Positions 26,392-40,712 of a stretch of DNA of 64,000 nt are shown in pieces. The first letter of the stretch is position 1. Each line of letters opens with the position of its first letter. The notes under the pieces were generated by a model. The model ran no database searches. It saw only the letters and a list, made by a program, of their open reading frames with translations, and was not told the origin of the DNA. This stretch comes from Octopus sinensis (taxonomy: Eukaryota), in the NCBI RefSeq assembly GCF_006345805.1, contig NC_043020.1, positions 15,438,001-15,502,000 of the forward strand. Direction: 5' to 3'. The translations under genes were made by a program, and so were the position numbers.

Positions 26392-27433
26392 GTTCTTTCA
26401 TTTTATTCTTTAATTGGTTTCAGCCAGAGGTTATGGCCATGCTGGTGTGTGTGTACATGCACGCATACACACACAGATATCTATATAAATATATACGTAA
26501 AGCCATATGCGTCTGTGTGTTCGTATGTGTATATGTATATGTTGCATGCGTGTTTAACTGAAAACAAAAAATGAATTTCATCACGTAACTAAGTTATGCG
26601 TGTACCTATTTATGTGTCTATGCACAGGTATGTGGGTTCAGGTGAGTGTGTGTGTGTGTGTGTGTGTGCGTGTGCGTGCGCGAGTTTGCGTGTATATGGT
26701 ATCATATACCAGATGTTTGTTTTAAGAAGTCCCCTAATGCGCACATGCCAGCACGAAAGGTCTGTGACACGCACTCACTTTCTCGCTCACACACACACAC
26801 ACACACACACACACTTTATATACACATACACACACACACTTTATATACACACACACACACACTTTATAACACATACACATACACACATACACTCTATATA
26901 CAGATACACACACACACACTTTATATACACATACACACACATACACTTTATATACACATACACACATACACTTTATAACACATACACATACACACACACA
27001 CATACACTTTATATACACATACACATACACACACACACACATACACTTTATATACACATACACATACACACACATATAGACGGACAGACTGACACAAATA
27101 GATTAAAAGAAATACTGATATACAGATAGACAGACAGACAGACAAACAGGCAGATAGACGGACAGGCAGATAGACACATACATACACACACACACACACA
27201 TACACACACACACACAGATAGATAGATAAATTAAATGATATTTAGTATAGACACGCACCTGAACCAGTCTCCTGGCAGTGGGTTACCTTGACCTAGCTGC
27301 GCGCTGATATCCCCTTAATCCCCTTACACTACCTCGATAGCGCAAAGTGAAATTAAACTAGCTCGAAAATTCTCGTTCCTATCCTCTAACGCCCATAAGG
27401 TCCTGATCCAACCGAAATTGCAAGCATCACATC

Positions 27434-27690
27434 GTGGAGGCGCGTGGCTCAGTTGTTAGGGTGTCAGCATCATGATCGTAAGATTGTGGTTTCGATTCCT
27501 GGACCTGGCGACACGTTGTGTTCTTGAGCAAAACACTTCATTTCACGTTGCTCCAGTCCACACAGCTGGCAAAAATGAGTAATGCTGCGATGGACTGGCG
27601 TCCCGTCCAGCTGGGGAACAAATACGCCATGGAAACCGGGAAACCGGGCCCGTGAGCCTGACTAGGCTTTAAAAAAAGGGCGCATTTATT
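27434..27690 (+). mobile_element. tRNA-derived SINE, family C
   Basis: gtggaggcgcgtggctcagttgttagggtgtcagcatcatgatcgtaagattgtggtttcgattcc head; copies at 34418-34657, 35288-35518 and about 31290-31500 (-). Confidence 0.85.
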
Positions 27691-28454
27691 TTGTTGTGGT
27701 GCACCTGAGCACTGTATACAATAATTTCGTTATTATTATTATTATTACCAGCAAGCAAACTACAGATCCTTTGGAGTTTAAAACCTTATTTTGGATAGAA
27801 AAAGTGGAAGGTAGCCTTCGATTTTATACACACACACACGCGAAATGATGAAGGTGACTGTACGCAATATAAAACCAAAAAAGGAAAAATTCAATTGTCA
27901 CTAGTTGTGACTGAGGGTGCATGATAGCATCGACATTGCTAAAATGCCCTCAGAGCCAAAGGAAGCAAATTTCCATATACTGGCAAAGAGATAACCGCCC
28001 CACAGCATAATACATACATATACGTATAATACATACATATACACACACACACGTACACACACACTTTATATGCACATACACATACACACGCATACATACA
28101 TACATACATACATACATACATACATACATACATCATACATACATACATACATACATACATACAATCCTTTCTACTATAGATACAAGGCCTGAGATTTTGG
28201 GGGAGGAGGATAGACGATTATATCGAACCCTGAGCTGAACTGGTACTTAATTCATCAACCCCGAAAGTACAAAAGGTAAAGTCGACCTCGACAGAGGATG
28301 AACTCGGGCTGTAAAGACGGACGAAATGCCGCTAAGCATATTTACATATATAATACATACATATACACATACACATATACACACGAACACATACACACAC
28401 AAATATAATTCGTTTTAATTGTAGAACCTTCTACGATTGTAAAAGTGGAATTAC

Positions 28455-28870
28455 TCTTTTACTCTCTTTTACTTGTTTCAGTCATTTGACTGCGGCCATG
28501 CTGGAGCACCGCCTTTAGTCGAGCAAATCGACCCCGGGACTTATTCTTTGTAAGCCCAGTACTTATTCTATCGGTCTCTTTTTCCGAACCGCTAATTGAC
28601 GGGGACGTAAACACACCAGCATCGGTTGTCAAGCGATGTTGGGGGGACAAACACACACACACAAACACACATACATACACATATATACATATATATACAT
28701 ATATACGACAGGCTTCTTTCAGTTTCCGTCTACCAAATCCACTCACAAGGCATTGGTCGGCCCGGGGCTATAGCAGAAGACACTTGCCCAAGATGCCACG
28801 CAGTGGGACTGAACCCGGAACCATGTGGTTGGTAAGCAAGCTACTTACCACACAGCCACTCCTGCGCCTA
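28455..28870 (-). mobile_element. SINE family B
   Basis: Full head through taggcgcaggagtggctg. Confidence 0.85.
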
Positions 28871-28959
28871 TACATGTATATATTTTAAAACACGTTAGAA
28901 TATTTTCCATTTCCACAAGTGCTGCCCTCTAACCCTGACAAATGTAATTCTGTACTGCA

Positions 28960-29690
28960 GGATTACATCAGAAAAGTGATGGAGACAGCAATTAACAACG
29001 ATCTTCTCCAGTATGGGATCTCAAACCCTCCTTAATAACAACCAGTATGGATATCGTAAAGGCAGACCTACTAAGGAACCAATGGTCTGTGTTTCTTACC
29101 AATGGGTCCTTGCCTTCGAGAAATTTGCTGAAAGCAATATTGATGCCTTCGACATTAAAAATATTTTTTAATTGTGTCTGGCAAAATTGCCCACCTACTG
29201 GCTCAACTTGTCTCTTATCTCATGCAACTGGGGTTCCGGGCAAATTGTACCATCAAGTATCAGCTGATGAATCCCGCCCCTCTCTTTCTGAAACATATTC
29301 ACTTAACTCGGATCTCCCCCAAGGTTCTGTTTTGTTCCTGCTCTTTTCTATACAACAAAGAAGTATTTACTCTCATCTGCAGCAACAGTCATTCCTGTGC
29401 AGTTAACACCACTGTTTATTCCACTCAAATATTCCGCTTCTAGGCATCTCCCTCTCTTATGCAACTTAGACACCTCAAGCCAAATGTGCAATAACTTCAT
29501 GAGCATAGACCTCGATAACACCCTCCAATAGAGTCGAATCATTTTTTATCTTTTTCAACACAACTACTGCCCATAAACAAACGTTATTATACTCCAGCGC
29601 CACACCTAAAATCGAGCTGTGTGCAATTAGAACATGCAAAATCGTTCAAATGATAAGCCTCGATATCATTGAGGATCTCTTCTGGTAATT
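28960..29690 (+). mobile_element. Decayed CR1/L2-like LINE reverse transcriptase fragment
   Basis: Pieces translate to KVMETAINNDLLQY, NQYGYRKGRPT and SDLPQGSVLFLL (RT motifs QYGFR and GVPQGSVL); many frameshifts. Confidence 0.7.
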
Positions 29691-30620
29691 GTACATTGTC
29701 GACATGACATCGAATGTATCTGGCTTTCAGACGGAATGTCTCTTGTCTCGGCCTTTTCTACTGGCAATACTGCCGTCTCTGCTGTTGCTGTTGAGCGGTC
29801 CTTTGCTATTCGTAAGACCCGCAGAAGAGAAAGCAGGTCAACCCCCGACACCGAGAGCATCGACGGATGGATGAATGCGCATCCAGGCTCAGCGGTTGCG
29901 TAGGAAGTCGGGGACAAGAAACAGGAAGAAAGAGTGAGAGAAAGTTGGGGCGAAAGAGTACAACAGGGGTCGCCACCACCCCCTGCCGGAGCCTCGTGGA
30001 ACTTTAGGTGTTTTCGCTCAATAAACACACACAACGCCCGGTCTAGGAATCGAAATCGCGATCCTCTGACCGCAAGTCCGCTGCCTTAACCACTGGGCCA
30101 TTGTGACTCCACTGCGGTCTCTGCTCTTCGTAACTAGATGGTTTCGTATCACCTCCAGCTTGACCCGCACGAAATCTTTCATCATTCATGTTATGTCTAT
30201 TTTCTAGGCTCTGTACTAAACCGCACACCAACCCTTCCTTTCTTCCCAGCAGTTCGGTCTCTTGAAAACACTTTTCCTTCAAAAGTCGAGTAATTACTGA
30301 AGAAGAACATTTACTGTGTCGATCTCAGGATTTCGATGGGTCTGCAAAGACCATTGGTGCAGTTTTTCCGCCAGTTAATTAATTCAACTAACGTCGAATT
30401 AATTAACAGTCATTAGAGCTTCGGATAGAATGCCTTTTGATATTCATTCATTTTGATTCAAATACCGCCGAGGTCAACATGGTACTTAATTTTTTCAGGG
30501 TCGATCCGGATCGAAATAAAATACCTAGCTATTACTACGGTACCTTCCTTCCCTCCTCCGTGCTCTCAGGTCAGCCATATGACTGACTGTTCGTCACTTT
30601 CTAATTTTGCTTCTCTCAAG

Positions 30621-30902
30621 TTGAGTTTACGAACTGCTTTCGATTCCCGACTTGAGCCATTCGCTACAAATTCACACCTGAAAAGCATGAAAATTACTCA
30701 TCCTCGTTTCCTACTTTCCCACAAATCTGAAACCTCGTTACCAACTTCTAAACCACAACACAATCTTCATCATAATTTTAAAAACCATAAAATTGTTCAG
30801 CTATCTTTTTGGTTGACCCTGTATACAGACGTAACTTGTGGTGGAAGAACCTTGTTGCGTGAGAGTGTGCTTCGGTTAATTAAGGGTGTAACATCTAACT
30901 AA
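30621..30902 (+). CDS. Candidate final coding exon of the mucin
   Basis: Acceptor ttctaattttgcttctctcaag; phase 0 as required; 93 open codons of non-repetitive sequence; AATAAA at 30907. No homology support. Confidence 0.3.
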   Translation: MSLRTAFDSRLEPFATNSHLKSMKITHPRFLLSHKSETSLPTSKPQHNLHHNFKNHKIVQLSFWLTLYTDVTCGGRTLLRESVLRLIKGVTSN

Positions 30903-32494
30903 TTAAAATAAAGACTTAGATTAAACTTTAAAATGTCTATCCTATCCAAAATGACCCGAAGCTAAACTATTATCCTAGAAAACCACCTGGATTAATTACA
31001 TGAATAATTTAAGTCCTTGGGCATTTTAAACAATTTAAGAACCCTCAATGCTGTTCTTTAGGTCGACGTGTATCGGTCCTCTAAGTCTAGTATTCAAATA
31101 TCATAGAAGACAGCGCATTATTTCTATTTGCTGCAGTTGAGATTAGAGAGTGGAAGTAGATATTTAGAATGACATCGGGTGTGTTTGCTTCTCGGTATTG
31201 AGTTCTAGATCCATCAAAGATATGCTTGCTTTTCGTTGTGACGGTAGGGGCTGATTAAAAGAAAGAATAAAGATCATTCTCGAATAATATAGACTCATAG
31301 GGTCAATTTCCCGTTTTTTTTTTTTTCTGTGGCATATATAAACCCCGCTCCCGAAGGGGACGCCGGATTACTCATTTTTGCCAGCTGAATAGATTGGAGC
31401 AATGTGAAATGAAGTGTTTCATTCAAGAACCCAACGCATCGCTCGATCCAGGAATCGAAACCACAATCTTACGACCACGAGTCCAACACCCCTAACTATT
31501 TAACTGAACACCACTGCTTTATCAAAATAAGTAACAGTAGTATGTAGGGTTTAATGTGTTAGCAAGGAATTTTATGTGTATAAATACTTCCATTTCTTTA
31601 GATTTTATCATAAGATTTTTGAAATCCAGAACTGTATGTGTGTTTTATGTATATAGCTGAATCAATTCAGTGAGACTGATTTTAGAAGATTACTGGGCTT
31701 TTAGGACAATTGTATGAGGAGTTCCTGTACCGGTAAAATTAACTGGGTTGCAAATAGTTGGCCTTTAAGTTGCTGGTTGAGACAACAAATTGTGTAGTAG
31801 TTAGCTATGTATAATCACAAGAGAGTGAAGCAGTCCCGATAACAGAGACGGGAACAGTAAAATGAACAATAATGACAAGATGGAAAAGCAGTTCAAAATA
31901 GTTAAATGATAGTTTAATGGAATGAGGTAAAATAAATGAATGGAACCACAGAAAATTCTAGTACGATGTGATTAAATTTATGGTGGAAATGCTGTTTCAG
32001 ATCATTATGGAAAACGTCATCACGCAACGAAAATCATAAACCTATTCTATTAGCATTTAAACCGGCTCAAAATATTATACCTGTTTTACGGCTCAAACTG
32101 GCCAGATCTGACCTCCAAATATACCCTACAATATCATTCTAAAAATATATTCGAAGTTATGTGATAATGTATGATTAACTCAAACAACACAAATAAATAA
32201 GCATTACATCTGACAGAATAATATGAATGCTAAAGAGTTGAAATAAAACCAAATTTCGGAGAAATGTTGGTGGTCTGAGCCGGCATCGAAATTATTAAAT
32301 AAAAATCTGAAATTTGAATAATTTTTTATGTCGGAGAAAATCCTGTCTGATAAGTCAAAGTTATTCATTGAAAGTTGAATTTCATTGGCAATATTCACGC
32401 ATATGATTATTGTCGAGGAGTCTCCATCCGAATAAGATTGAAGCATGGAATAAAAGCTAGGTAATCTGTTATATTCGCATATGCGGCCCTTATT

Positions 32495-33200
32495 TGTATG
32501 TGAACACGTGAGAATGTGACAGACGATAGCAATTTCGAAATAATCCAACGAAAAATAAGATGTGTTGAAGTCATGTTCTAAAAATGTTGCAGCACTGTTT
32601 CATAACGATTTAAATGCTTGAAAAATTATTTATTTAATTGAATATTTAGGCATATCAAGTTCATTTATGAAAATCTTTTTCGTATGTGAACACGTGATAA
32701 TGTAACAGACGATAGCAATTTCGAAATGATGTGCGTGGAAGCCATATTCTAAAAATGTTGCAGCATTGTTTTATAACGTTTTAAATATTTGAAAGATTAT
32801 TTATTTAATTAAATATTTAGACATGTCGAGGTCATCTATGAACACTTAACTCGTATGAAAGCATGTGAACAAGCAACAGACGATCGCAATTCTGAAACAA
32901 ATACAACCAAAAATAATGTGTGTAGAAGTCATTGTTCTAAAAATATTGTAGCAATGTTTTATAACGTTTTAAATGTTTTAAAGATTAATCATTTAATTAG
33001 ATATTTATGTATCTCAGGGTCAGCTATGAAAACTTTACTTGTATGAAAGCGTGATAATTATAGCAGACGATCGCAATTCTGAAACAAATCCAACCAAAAA
33101 CAATACGTACCTGAAGTCATATTCTAAAAACGTAGCATTGTTTTATAACATTTCAAAGGTTTTATTCAATTATATATTTAGCTATGTTTAGGTCAATTCC
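32495..33200. repeat. Diverged minisatellite, four units of about 160-190 bp
   Basis: Units start at about 32495, 32680, 32851 and 33040 and share cagacgat(a/c)gcaatt and gtcat(g/a)ttctaaaaa. Confidence 0.85.
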
Positions 33201-33559
33201 AATCAAGTTCTGACAAGTTTCAGCCAAACTAAATCACAGTTGAATGTGATGAATATTCAAACATATCTCAAAACAACAACAAAGGCGACGGGAACATGAC
33301 TTTTGTTTTGTACCTCATTATTTATTTTAAAACTTAATTAGAATTCTATTTGCACAACGAATTCCGTTTTTGAACACAATGCAACGCAGCTTTATATATT
33401 CTTGAACGAATGACGTATTCAGTTTACCGCAATAATTCTAACAGCAGTGAATATAGTGAACACGTGTGTGTGTGTGCCTGTGTGTGTGTGTGTATACACA
33501 CACACATTTTATCTCACACAATACACTGAATCATTATGTATTAATTCATTACGAATCAG

Positions 33560-33637
33560 TAGCGTAGTGTTTCGCGTGCGAACCTCAAAGGACGGCCATT
33601 TTATAGTAAGGTCTGTTTGCTGAAGTCGAAGGTATGT
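33560..33637 (+). promoter_or_regulatory. Possible CpG-rich promoter / non-coding first exon
   Basis: Local CpG cluster, YY1-like GCCATTTT at 33595-33602 and a strong donor AAG/GTATGT at 33632. Confidence 0.3.
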
Positions 33638-35889
33638 TAGGTTTAAAATGAAGAAAGTCAAAACCCACCTCCGCTGTATTCCCTGTCACAAATATGCACC
33701 AACGGGAGGAATACATGTTATAACGAATCGGATCTACTGCCTTAAAGGTTTGGAGGTGAATAATTTGAACTTGGTTCATTCATGTTTTACTCCAGTCTAT
33801 TCTGCTCTAGGTACGAGGGACCTGAAATTTTCGGGGAGAGAGCTAACCGATTATATCGATCTCAATACTTGATTGACAGTTGTTTTATCTAACCTGAAAG
33901 GATGAAAGGCAACGTCAACCTCAGTGGAATTTGAACTCAGAACGCAAAGCTAGAAGAATTGTCGCTAAGCATTTCGTCCGGCGTGTTAACGATTCTACCA
34001 GCTCTTCACCAAATGTTCTAAGCCCTTAGCATTTAAACAGGCCATATCAAGCCCAAATTTTCTACTTGTTTTATGTTCAAGCTAGCTAGATCTGGCCTTT
34101 TACATCAACCTTACAATATCATTCTAAGAAATTCTGCCGAGGTCGACTTTGCCTTCATCTTTTCGGGGTCGGTAAATTAAGTACCAGTTGCGTACTGGGG
34201 TCGATCTGGCCCCTCCCCCAAAATTTCAGGCCTTGTGCCTAGAGTAGAAAAGAATATCATTTTAAGAATTAACAGTTGCCTTATCGAAATCTCATAGCTA
34301 CAAGATAATGAATGATTAATTCAAAACATGAATAAATAGGCATTACCTTTGACAGAATAATGTTAACGTTAAATGGTTAATAGATCGCCTGATATTAACT
34401 CGTATTATATACTCAATATGTGGAGGTGCGTGGCTTAGTGGTTAGGGTGTCAACATCATGATCGTAAGATTGTGGTTTCGATTCCTGGACCGGGCGACGC
34501 GTTGTGTTCTTGAGCAAAACACTCCATTTCAAGTTGCTCCAGTCTAACTCAGCTGGCAAAAATGAGTAACGCTACGATGGACTGGCGTCCCGTCCAGCTG
34601 GGGAACACATACGCCATGGAAACCAGGAAACCGGGCCCATGAGTCTGGTTTAGGCTTTAAAAGAGTGCATTTATTATTTATTTTATTATATCCTCAATAT
34701 AACGTAATCGATAGAAACCTACATCTGCTTGCTAAGAAAACAGGTCGACGATTGTCATCTTACAAATGATAAAACTTTCACTATAGATTCGGATATTTCT
34801 CATATAATTTAATTGAGCAATAAATGATTAAATCTAGTGCCGCCTCCAATAAATAATTACCCCTATACCCGCCATAAAAATAAAATTCTACTCCCGCTTA
34901 GGTGGAATGGAAACAGTGTTGAGAACGAAAATGACACGTCATGTGAATAATACCAAAAGTACCACACACAAACATACACACATGCATATATAAATATATT
35001 TATGTTCGTATAAATGTATGTACGTGTGAGTGAGTACACATACACACACACATTTGAGGACGCATGGCCTAGTGATGCATTGTATTCTTGAGCAAAATTC
35101 TTCGATTCTGCGATCATTTCAACCCCTGACGCGTGGCACATCGTGCACCTGTTCAGACAACGTCAATTTGGTGGAGAAGGTGAACCTATGCACGGCACAT
35201 ACATTTGATCACTATAAAATCATTTGTGCAGGTCGTTCAGCAAAAGCTGAAGACTCACACGTCGACTTCGACGGGAGAGTCCGTCATATGTGGAGGCGCG
35301 TGGCTTAGTGGTTAGGGTGTCAGCATCATGATCGTAAGATTGTGGTTTTCGATTCCTGGACCGGGCGACGCGTTGTGTTCTTGAGCAAAACACTTCATTT
35401 CACGTTGCTCCAGTCCACTCAGCTGGTAAAAATGAGTAACGCTGCGATGGACTGGCGTCCCGCCCAGCTGGGGAGTACATACGCCATGGAAACCAGGAAA
35501 CCGGGCCCATGAGCCTGGTTATATATGTGTGCGTGTGTGTGTGTGTGTAGGCGCAATGGTCCAGTGGTTAGGGCAGCGGACTCGCGGTTTCGATTCCCAT
35601 TATTGAGCAAAAGCATCTAAAAGCTCCACGAGGCTCCGGCAGTGGGTGGTGGCGATCCCTGCTGTATTCTTTCGCCACAACTTTCTCTCACTCTTTCTTC
35701 TGTTGGCTGCCTGCTCGTTTAGCCAGCGGGGTGGCGTCATTTGAAGGCTAAAACAATGCGAAGCGCATTGTGACCAGCGATGTGTAGCAACATCTGATAG
35801 CCTGGTCGGTCACGGTGATCACGGTGATATACATACATATATATACAGACATGCAGGAAGTAAATAGACACCTTTAATTTTCAAAATCT

Positions 35890-36130
35890 TTTATTTGATA
35901 TTAATTGATTGAAGGAGCGGTTTTCTTCTAGCTGCTCGTCCATAATACCCAAGTTTATGCAGATGTGTAACACACATTCTTGGTCTAACTTCTAGCTATT
36001 TTGCAATGTCAGAAGCCTTCGAACGGGGTTCGTTTTCCACAATTCTCTTCAAACAGCGAAGCTTCGTTTCCGAGGGCCTAGATCGGCCGGGACGAGAATC
36101 TGTTGATTCTTTTCCTTGGCTTTTGAATTG
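35890..36130 (-). mobile_element. Tc1 transposase fragment
   Basis: The minus strand reads HLHKLGYYGRAARRKPLL, a Tc1 HTH-linker motif. Confidence 0.7.
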
Positions 36131-36229
36131 CACTATAATTCGGTTGGGGGATAAACACAGACACACAAACATATATATATATATATATTATATATATATA
36201 TATGTGGGGGGGGGGAAATATATGGGAAA

Positions 36230-36500
36230 CTACCACCTGTGTCATCTCTTGTGAAAGGTAGGAGAGTCCAGTTTGCTGGACATTGTTGTAGAGCTGAAAA
36301 AGAAGTAATTTCTACTCTTCTCCTATGGAAGCCATCTACTCGCAATACCAGAGGGCGCACACTCTCCTACCCTGATGTAATCTCCAGGGATACAGGCATC
36401 CAGCAACAGGACCTCCATAATGCTATGATGGACCGTGAAGTCTGGCGTAACATAGTAAATTCCATTGTCTCGACCACGGTCGAACAATGATGATGATGAT
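36230..36500 (+). mobile_element. 3' end of an RTE-clade LINE with (TGA)n tail
   Basis: PVSSLVKGRRVQFAGHCCR...AMMDREVWRNIV, then stop and tgatgatgat. Confidence 0.8.
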
Positions 36501-37614
36501 GTGTGTGTGTGTGCGTGTGTGTTTATGTGTTTGTGTTTGTCCCCCCAACATCGCTTGACAACCGATGCTGGTGTGTTTACGTCCCCGTAACTTAGCGGTT
36601 CGGCAAAAAGAGACAGATAGAATAAGTACTAGGCTTACAAAGAATAAGTCCTGGGGTCGATTTGCTCGACTAAAGGCGGCGCTCCAGCATGGCCGCAGTC
36701 AAATGACTGGAACAAGTGAAAGAGTAAAAGAGTAAAAGAGCTGATTCATGTTTAATGGTTTCATGTCAAAGAATCTTTCAAGTGTTGGAAGGTATAAATT
36801 AACAAACGTTTGACATAGTTAAACGGAAAAGTATATCTTGGTCTCTTTGTTACTAGAGGCCTGAAACCACCACATCCAGTGGCAACTCTTAGTTACCATT
36901 AAAAAGTAATTGAATGAAACTCATTGATGAAAAAAGAGACACAATAAAAGTTCAAAAAATGAAGCTGACTCTTAAGCCCTTCGGAATTATGCTCTTTAGA
37001 TTGATCTCTATTTCACCATTGTTTTGCATATCAGCTTTTTGTATATGTTGATTGTGGGATGAAGATGGGGCAAGGAGGAAGTGGAAAGGGTGAGTAAGAC
37101 TATGGAGAAAGATAGAGATGGGGAGAGAAGTTGGAAGGGGTATATGTAAGGATGTGTATAAGTGTTGGGTATGTGGAAAATATACTCATTATTCATGATG
37201 AGAGGGCTACTAATAAGGTAAGAGGCGGTCCTTACAGTTGGGAGTGCAACTGACCAGTTGGCTAGGGTACATTTCCATTCAGGAGTACAAGGGGAAAACA
37301 TCTCGCTTTTAGATTTCAGGTAGGTTCTCGGCTGGGGAAAATTCTTCAATAAATCCTTTTCTGTGCTAAGCAAAACACTAAGATAGCTTTGATTACAATT
37401 TGCCATTCTGTTATCTTTCCTTCCAACAAAATTTAAGCCTTCACATTGAAATATTGTTTATATGTGAGAAGTTCCAAAGCAGTTAAGTAACCCTTCTGTC
37501 AAGCTGAATGTAACACTACATTGAGAATCTAATGGTTTATGAATCTTGCATCCACTTTTAACAAGCAATTTATTTGTTCTTAAAAATTTTCTTCAATAAT
37601 ACAATTATAATTAA

Positions 37615-37996
37615 CTAGCACTATCGCCCGGCGTTGCTCGGGTTTGTAAGGGAAATAACTATACAGCATTTTTAGAGAGTTATAGCCAAAAAATAGCAAA
37701 AAATGGAAAAAATATGATAGTAAATTTTTTTTTAAATCGTTGACTCATCGTAGACATTTTTAGAGAGTTACTTCCCTTTAAAAAAATATGCATGAAAATG
37801 GAAAAAAATGGTAGTAAATTATTTTTAAAATCGTAGACTCATCGTAGACAAGCGCTAATACCCAGAAGGGCTCGATATGAATCCCGACTATAAGATACCC
37901 GGTTTTGGTTAAACTGCACCGCAAAATGTGGGAGTAGTTAGGAATCTAAATCGAAGGGGACAGACACTCACACAACTACAGTTTTATATATAAAGA
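37615..37996 (-). mobile_element. Non-autonomous Helitron
   Basis: On the minus strand: 5' TC, 3' CTAG, subterminal hairpin cccgagcaacgccggg, inserted between A and T. Confidence 0.85.
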
Positions 37997-38073
37997 TATT
38001 GCATTCATTCTTTTCTCCATAATGTTTGATATGTTCCTAAAGTTACAGAAATACATGCACAGAATAAAATCTC

Positions 38074-38119
<46 letters not shown>

Positions 38120-38471
38120 GAACTGTTATAACTCTATAGAACATTACCCATACAGGAAATTAATGTAAAGAATTTGATTAAGATAACCGTTGCTTTTTAC
38201 AAAAGTGCTTTCAATGATATAAATGTGACAAAAATTTATTAATTTTCTTGTTAATCTACCACTCTTATTTTGATATAATTTATTTTTCAGCCACAAAGAA
38301 CAACAACATTGTGAATGGAAGATGAAAACACAACTCAGACGCATCTCTGAAAATGAATCAGAGGTAAATATTTGCTCAAAAATTTCTAATACTATTGAAT
38401 TATGGGGACGTGAACACACCAGCATAGGTTGTCAAGCAATGTTGGGTGGACAAACAGACACACAAACATAC

Positions 38472-38547
<76 letters not shown>

Positions 38548-38675
38548 ATTGGAGTTTAACGCAGGTATAATTCAAATACGTTTACTTCCGACACAAGTTT
38601 TGAAGATTTCACTGATATTATTCAAAAGAATAAATGGTATAAAACAATGTAATCTTCTCTTCTGATGCAGTACCA

Positions 38676-39200
38676 GGCTTCTCGTGGCTTCTGATCTTAA
38701 CTGATTGGAAGTGTTATCATGTACATTGTTTTGTCTTGGTATAAAAGATGGGCTACAGCAAATATTCTGCTCAATACTACAGATTTGCTTGTCAGTTGTT
38801 TGACCTTAACCAGTTAGTGGCTGACGATATGCGCATCTCTGATCACAAGCAAAAGTAGTGGGGTGTCATCATAGCCATTTGTTGAAAGGGATTCTTTGGG
38901 GTATGAATAATTCATCTCTGGAAACATGGGTGTTTCGTTCAACATCCTTAAACAACCTTTATTCATGGACCTTTTGAGCGGGATGGGTTACTCGACTAGA
39001 AGAGAATTCTAACTGGGCCCCACCTGCAAGGTAATGCGCTGTTTATCTTGATATGAGATCACTATGTCGCGCACATATGGTTGTGATGCATGTGCCTGGT
39101 GTACCCTTATCAGATGGGTAGTCATGATGGGTATACTGGGCTTCATATATTTTACCCCAGTGTCACATTGATGGCATGCACTGCTCTCTCACTCAATAAT
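38676..39200 (+). mobile_element. Interspersed repeat ending in (AAT)n, probably a LINE 3' UTR
   Basis: A second copy lies at about 56711-57150 with collinear similarity. Confidence 0.6.
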
Positions 39201-39861
39201 AAAATACTACTACTACTACTACTACTACTAATAATAATAATAATAATAATGATGCTAATAATGCTTTCTACTGAAGGCAAAAAAGCCTGAAATTTTGCAG
39301 GAAGGGGCAAGTCAATTACTGTGATTCCAGTGTATCACTGGTACTTATAAGGATGAAAAATGAAGTCAAAATTGGTGGAATTTGAACTCAGAACATATAT
39401 AGACAGATGAAATACAGCTAATGTTTCTGCCATTTCACTACCTTAATAACAACAATAATAATAATATCAATACATTGCAGGCACCAACACTCTCTAATAC
39501 CTGAAAAATGTTAAATCAACAAGTTCAAAACTTGGGAAGTTTGACAAAGAATTACAAAAATATTTAGCAAACAACATCCCCACTTCTCTCTCAATTCTCA
39601 AATTCCTTGGCTTTTGTTTTTTAAGTTATTTTGCTTTGTTTTTTTTTCCTCTCTCTCTTTTTTTTTTTTTTATTTCATATCGACAGTTTTTAGCCATTGA
39701 TATTTTTGATGCATGTTTGCTTTTCATTTAGCAAATAGATCAGGCTTTCTCACTGAATATTTGTTTCTACAAATATTGGTATTTGTCAATGTTGCTACTG
39801 CTGATAATAATAATAATAATAATGATAATAATAATAATAATAATAAGAAGAAGAAGAAGAA

Positions 39862-40457
39862 GAAGGAATATATTCACAGACATGACAGAGTTGGAACCTA
39901 CATACATTGGAAGCTATGCCAACATTATGGAATAACAACAGAAAAAAGATGGTATAGGCACACACCAGAAAAGGTCACAGAAAACGAGACAGCAACCATA
40001 CTCTGGGATATGCCGATACACACAGATAGAGAAATTAAGGCCAACAGACCAGATATAGTTGTCAGAGATCATGAAGAAAAAAAATGCTTTCTAATTGATG
40101 TATCAATACCAGCAGATGACAACGTGTCTCTAAAAGAAATGGAGAAACTCTCAAAATACAAAGACCTGGAAATAGAGGTAACTAGAATGTGGAACCTGAA
40201 AACAGAAACAATTCCTATCATAGTAGGTGCATTAGGCATGATAAAAAAATATTCAGACAAATACATAACAAAAACACCAGGACTTACAAACACATATAAC
40301 ATACAGAAAATTGCACTACTAGGCACTGCACACATCCTACGCAGAACACTTTCCATACAATAACCATCAGAGCATCACAACAAATCACAGCACATACCCA
40401 AGGCACACAGAGCTGCGCTCGGTAGTGAAGTGAAAGCACGCTATAAAAATAAAACTA

Positions 40458-40460
<3 letters not shown>
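39862..40460 (+). mobile_element. 5'-truncated R4/Dong-clade retrotransposon (intact RLE domain end plus 3' UTR)
   Basis: RHDRV..IHW, ILWD..I.TD, NRPDI, LIDVSIP, EKLSKYKDL, PIIVGALG and LLGTAHILR motifs; (TAA)n/(GAA)n upstream and (AAT)n downstream. Confidence 0.9.
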
Positions 40461-40502
<42 letters not shown>

Positions 40503-40712
40503 CCTTTCTGCTATAGGGAGAAAGCCTGAAATTTTGGGGAAGGGGACCAGTCAGTAACATTGACCCCAGTGTTCAACTGGTACTTGTGTTATTGACTCTG
40601 GATGGATGAAAAGCGAAGTCCACCTTGGTGGACTCAGAACATAAAGACAAATGAAATACAACTAAGTATTTTGTTTGGAATGCTAACAATTGTGTCAGCT
40701 TGCTGTTTTTAA

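Noticed and set aside
27434-27510. tRNA-like sequences here and at other SINE heads as tRNA genes
   Set aside because: No complete cloverleaf acceptor stem, and each continues into a SINE body.
29264-29296. CTGATGA...GAAA
   Set aside because: It lies inside the LINE RT fragment and has no pairing stems.
37008-37406. 132-aa minus-strand ORF
   Set aside because: No recognisable motif, it runs into low-complexity sequence, and it competes with a + strand exon candidate.
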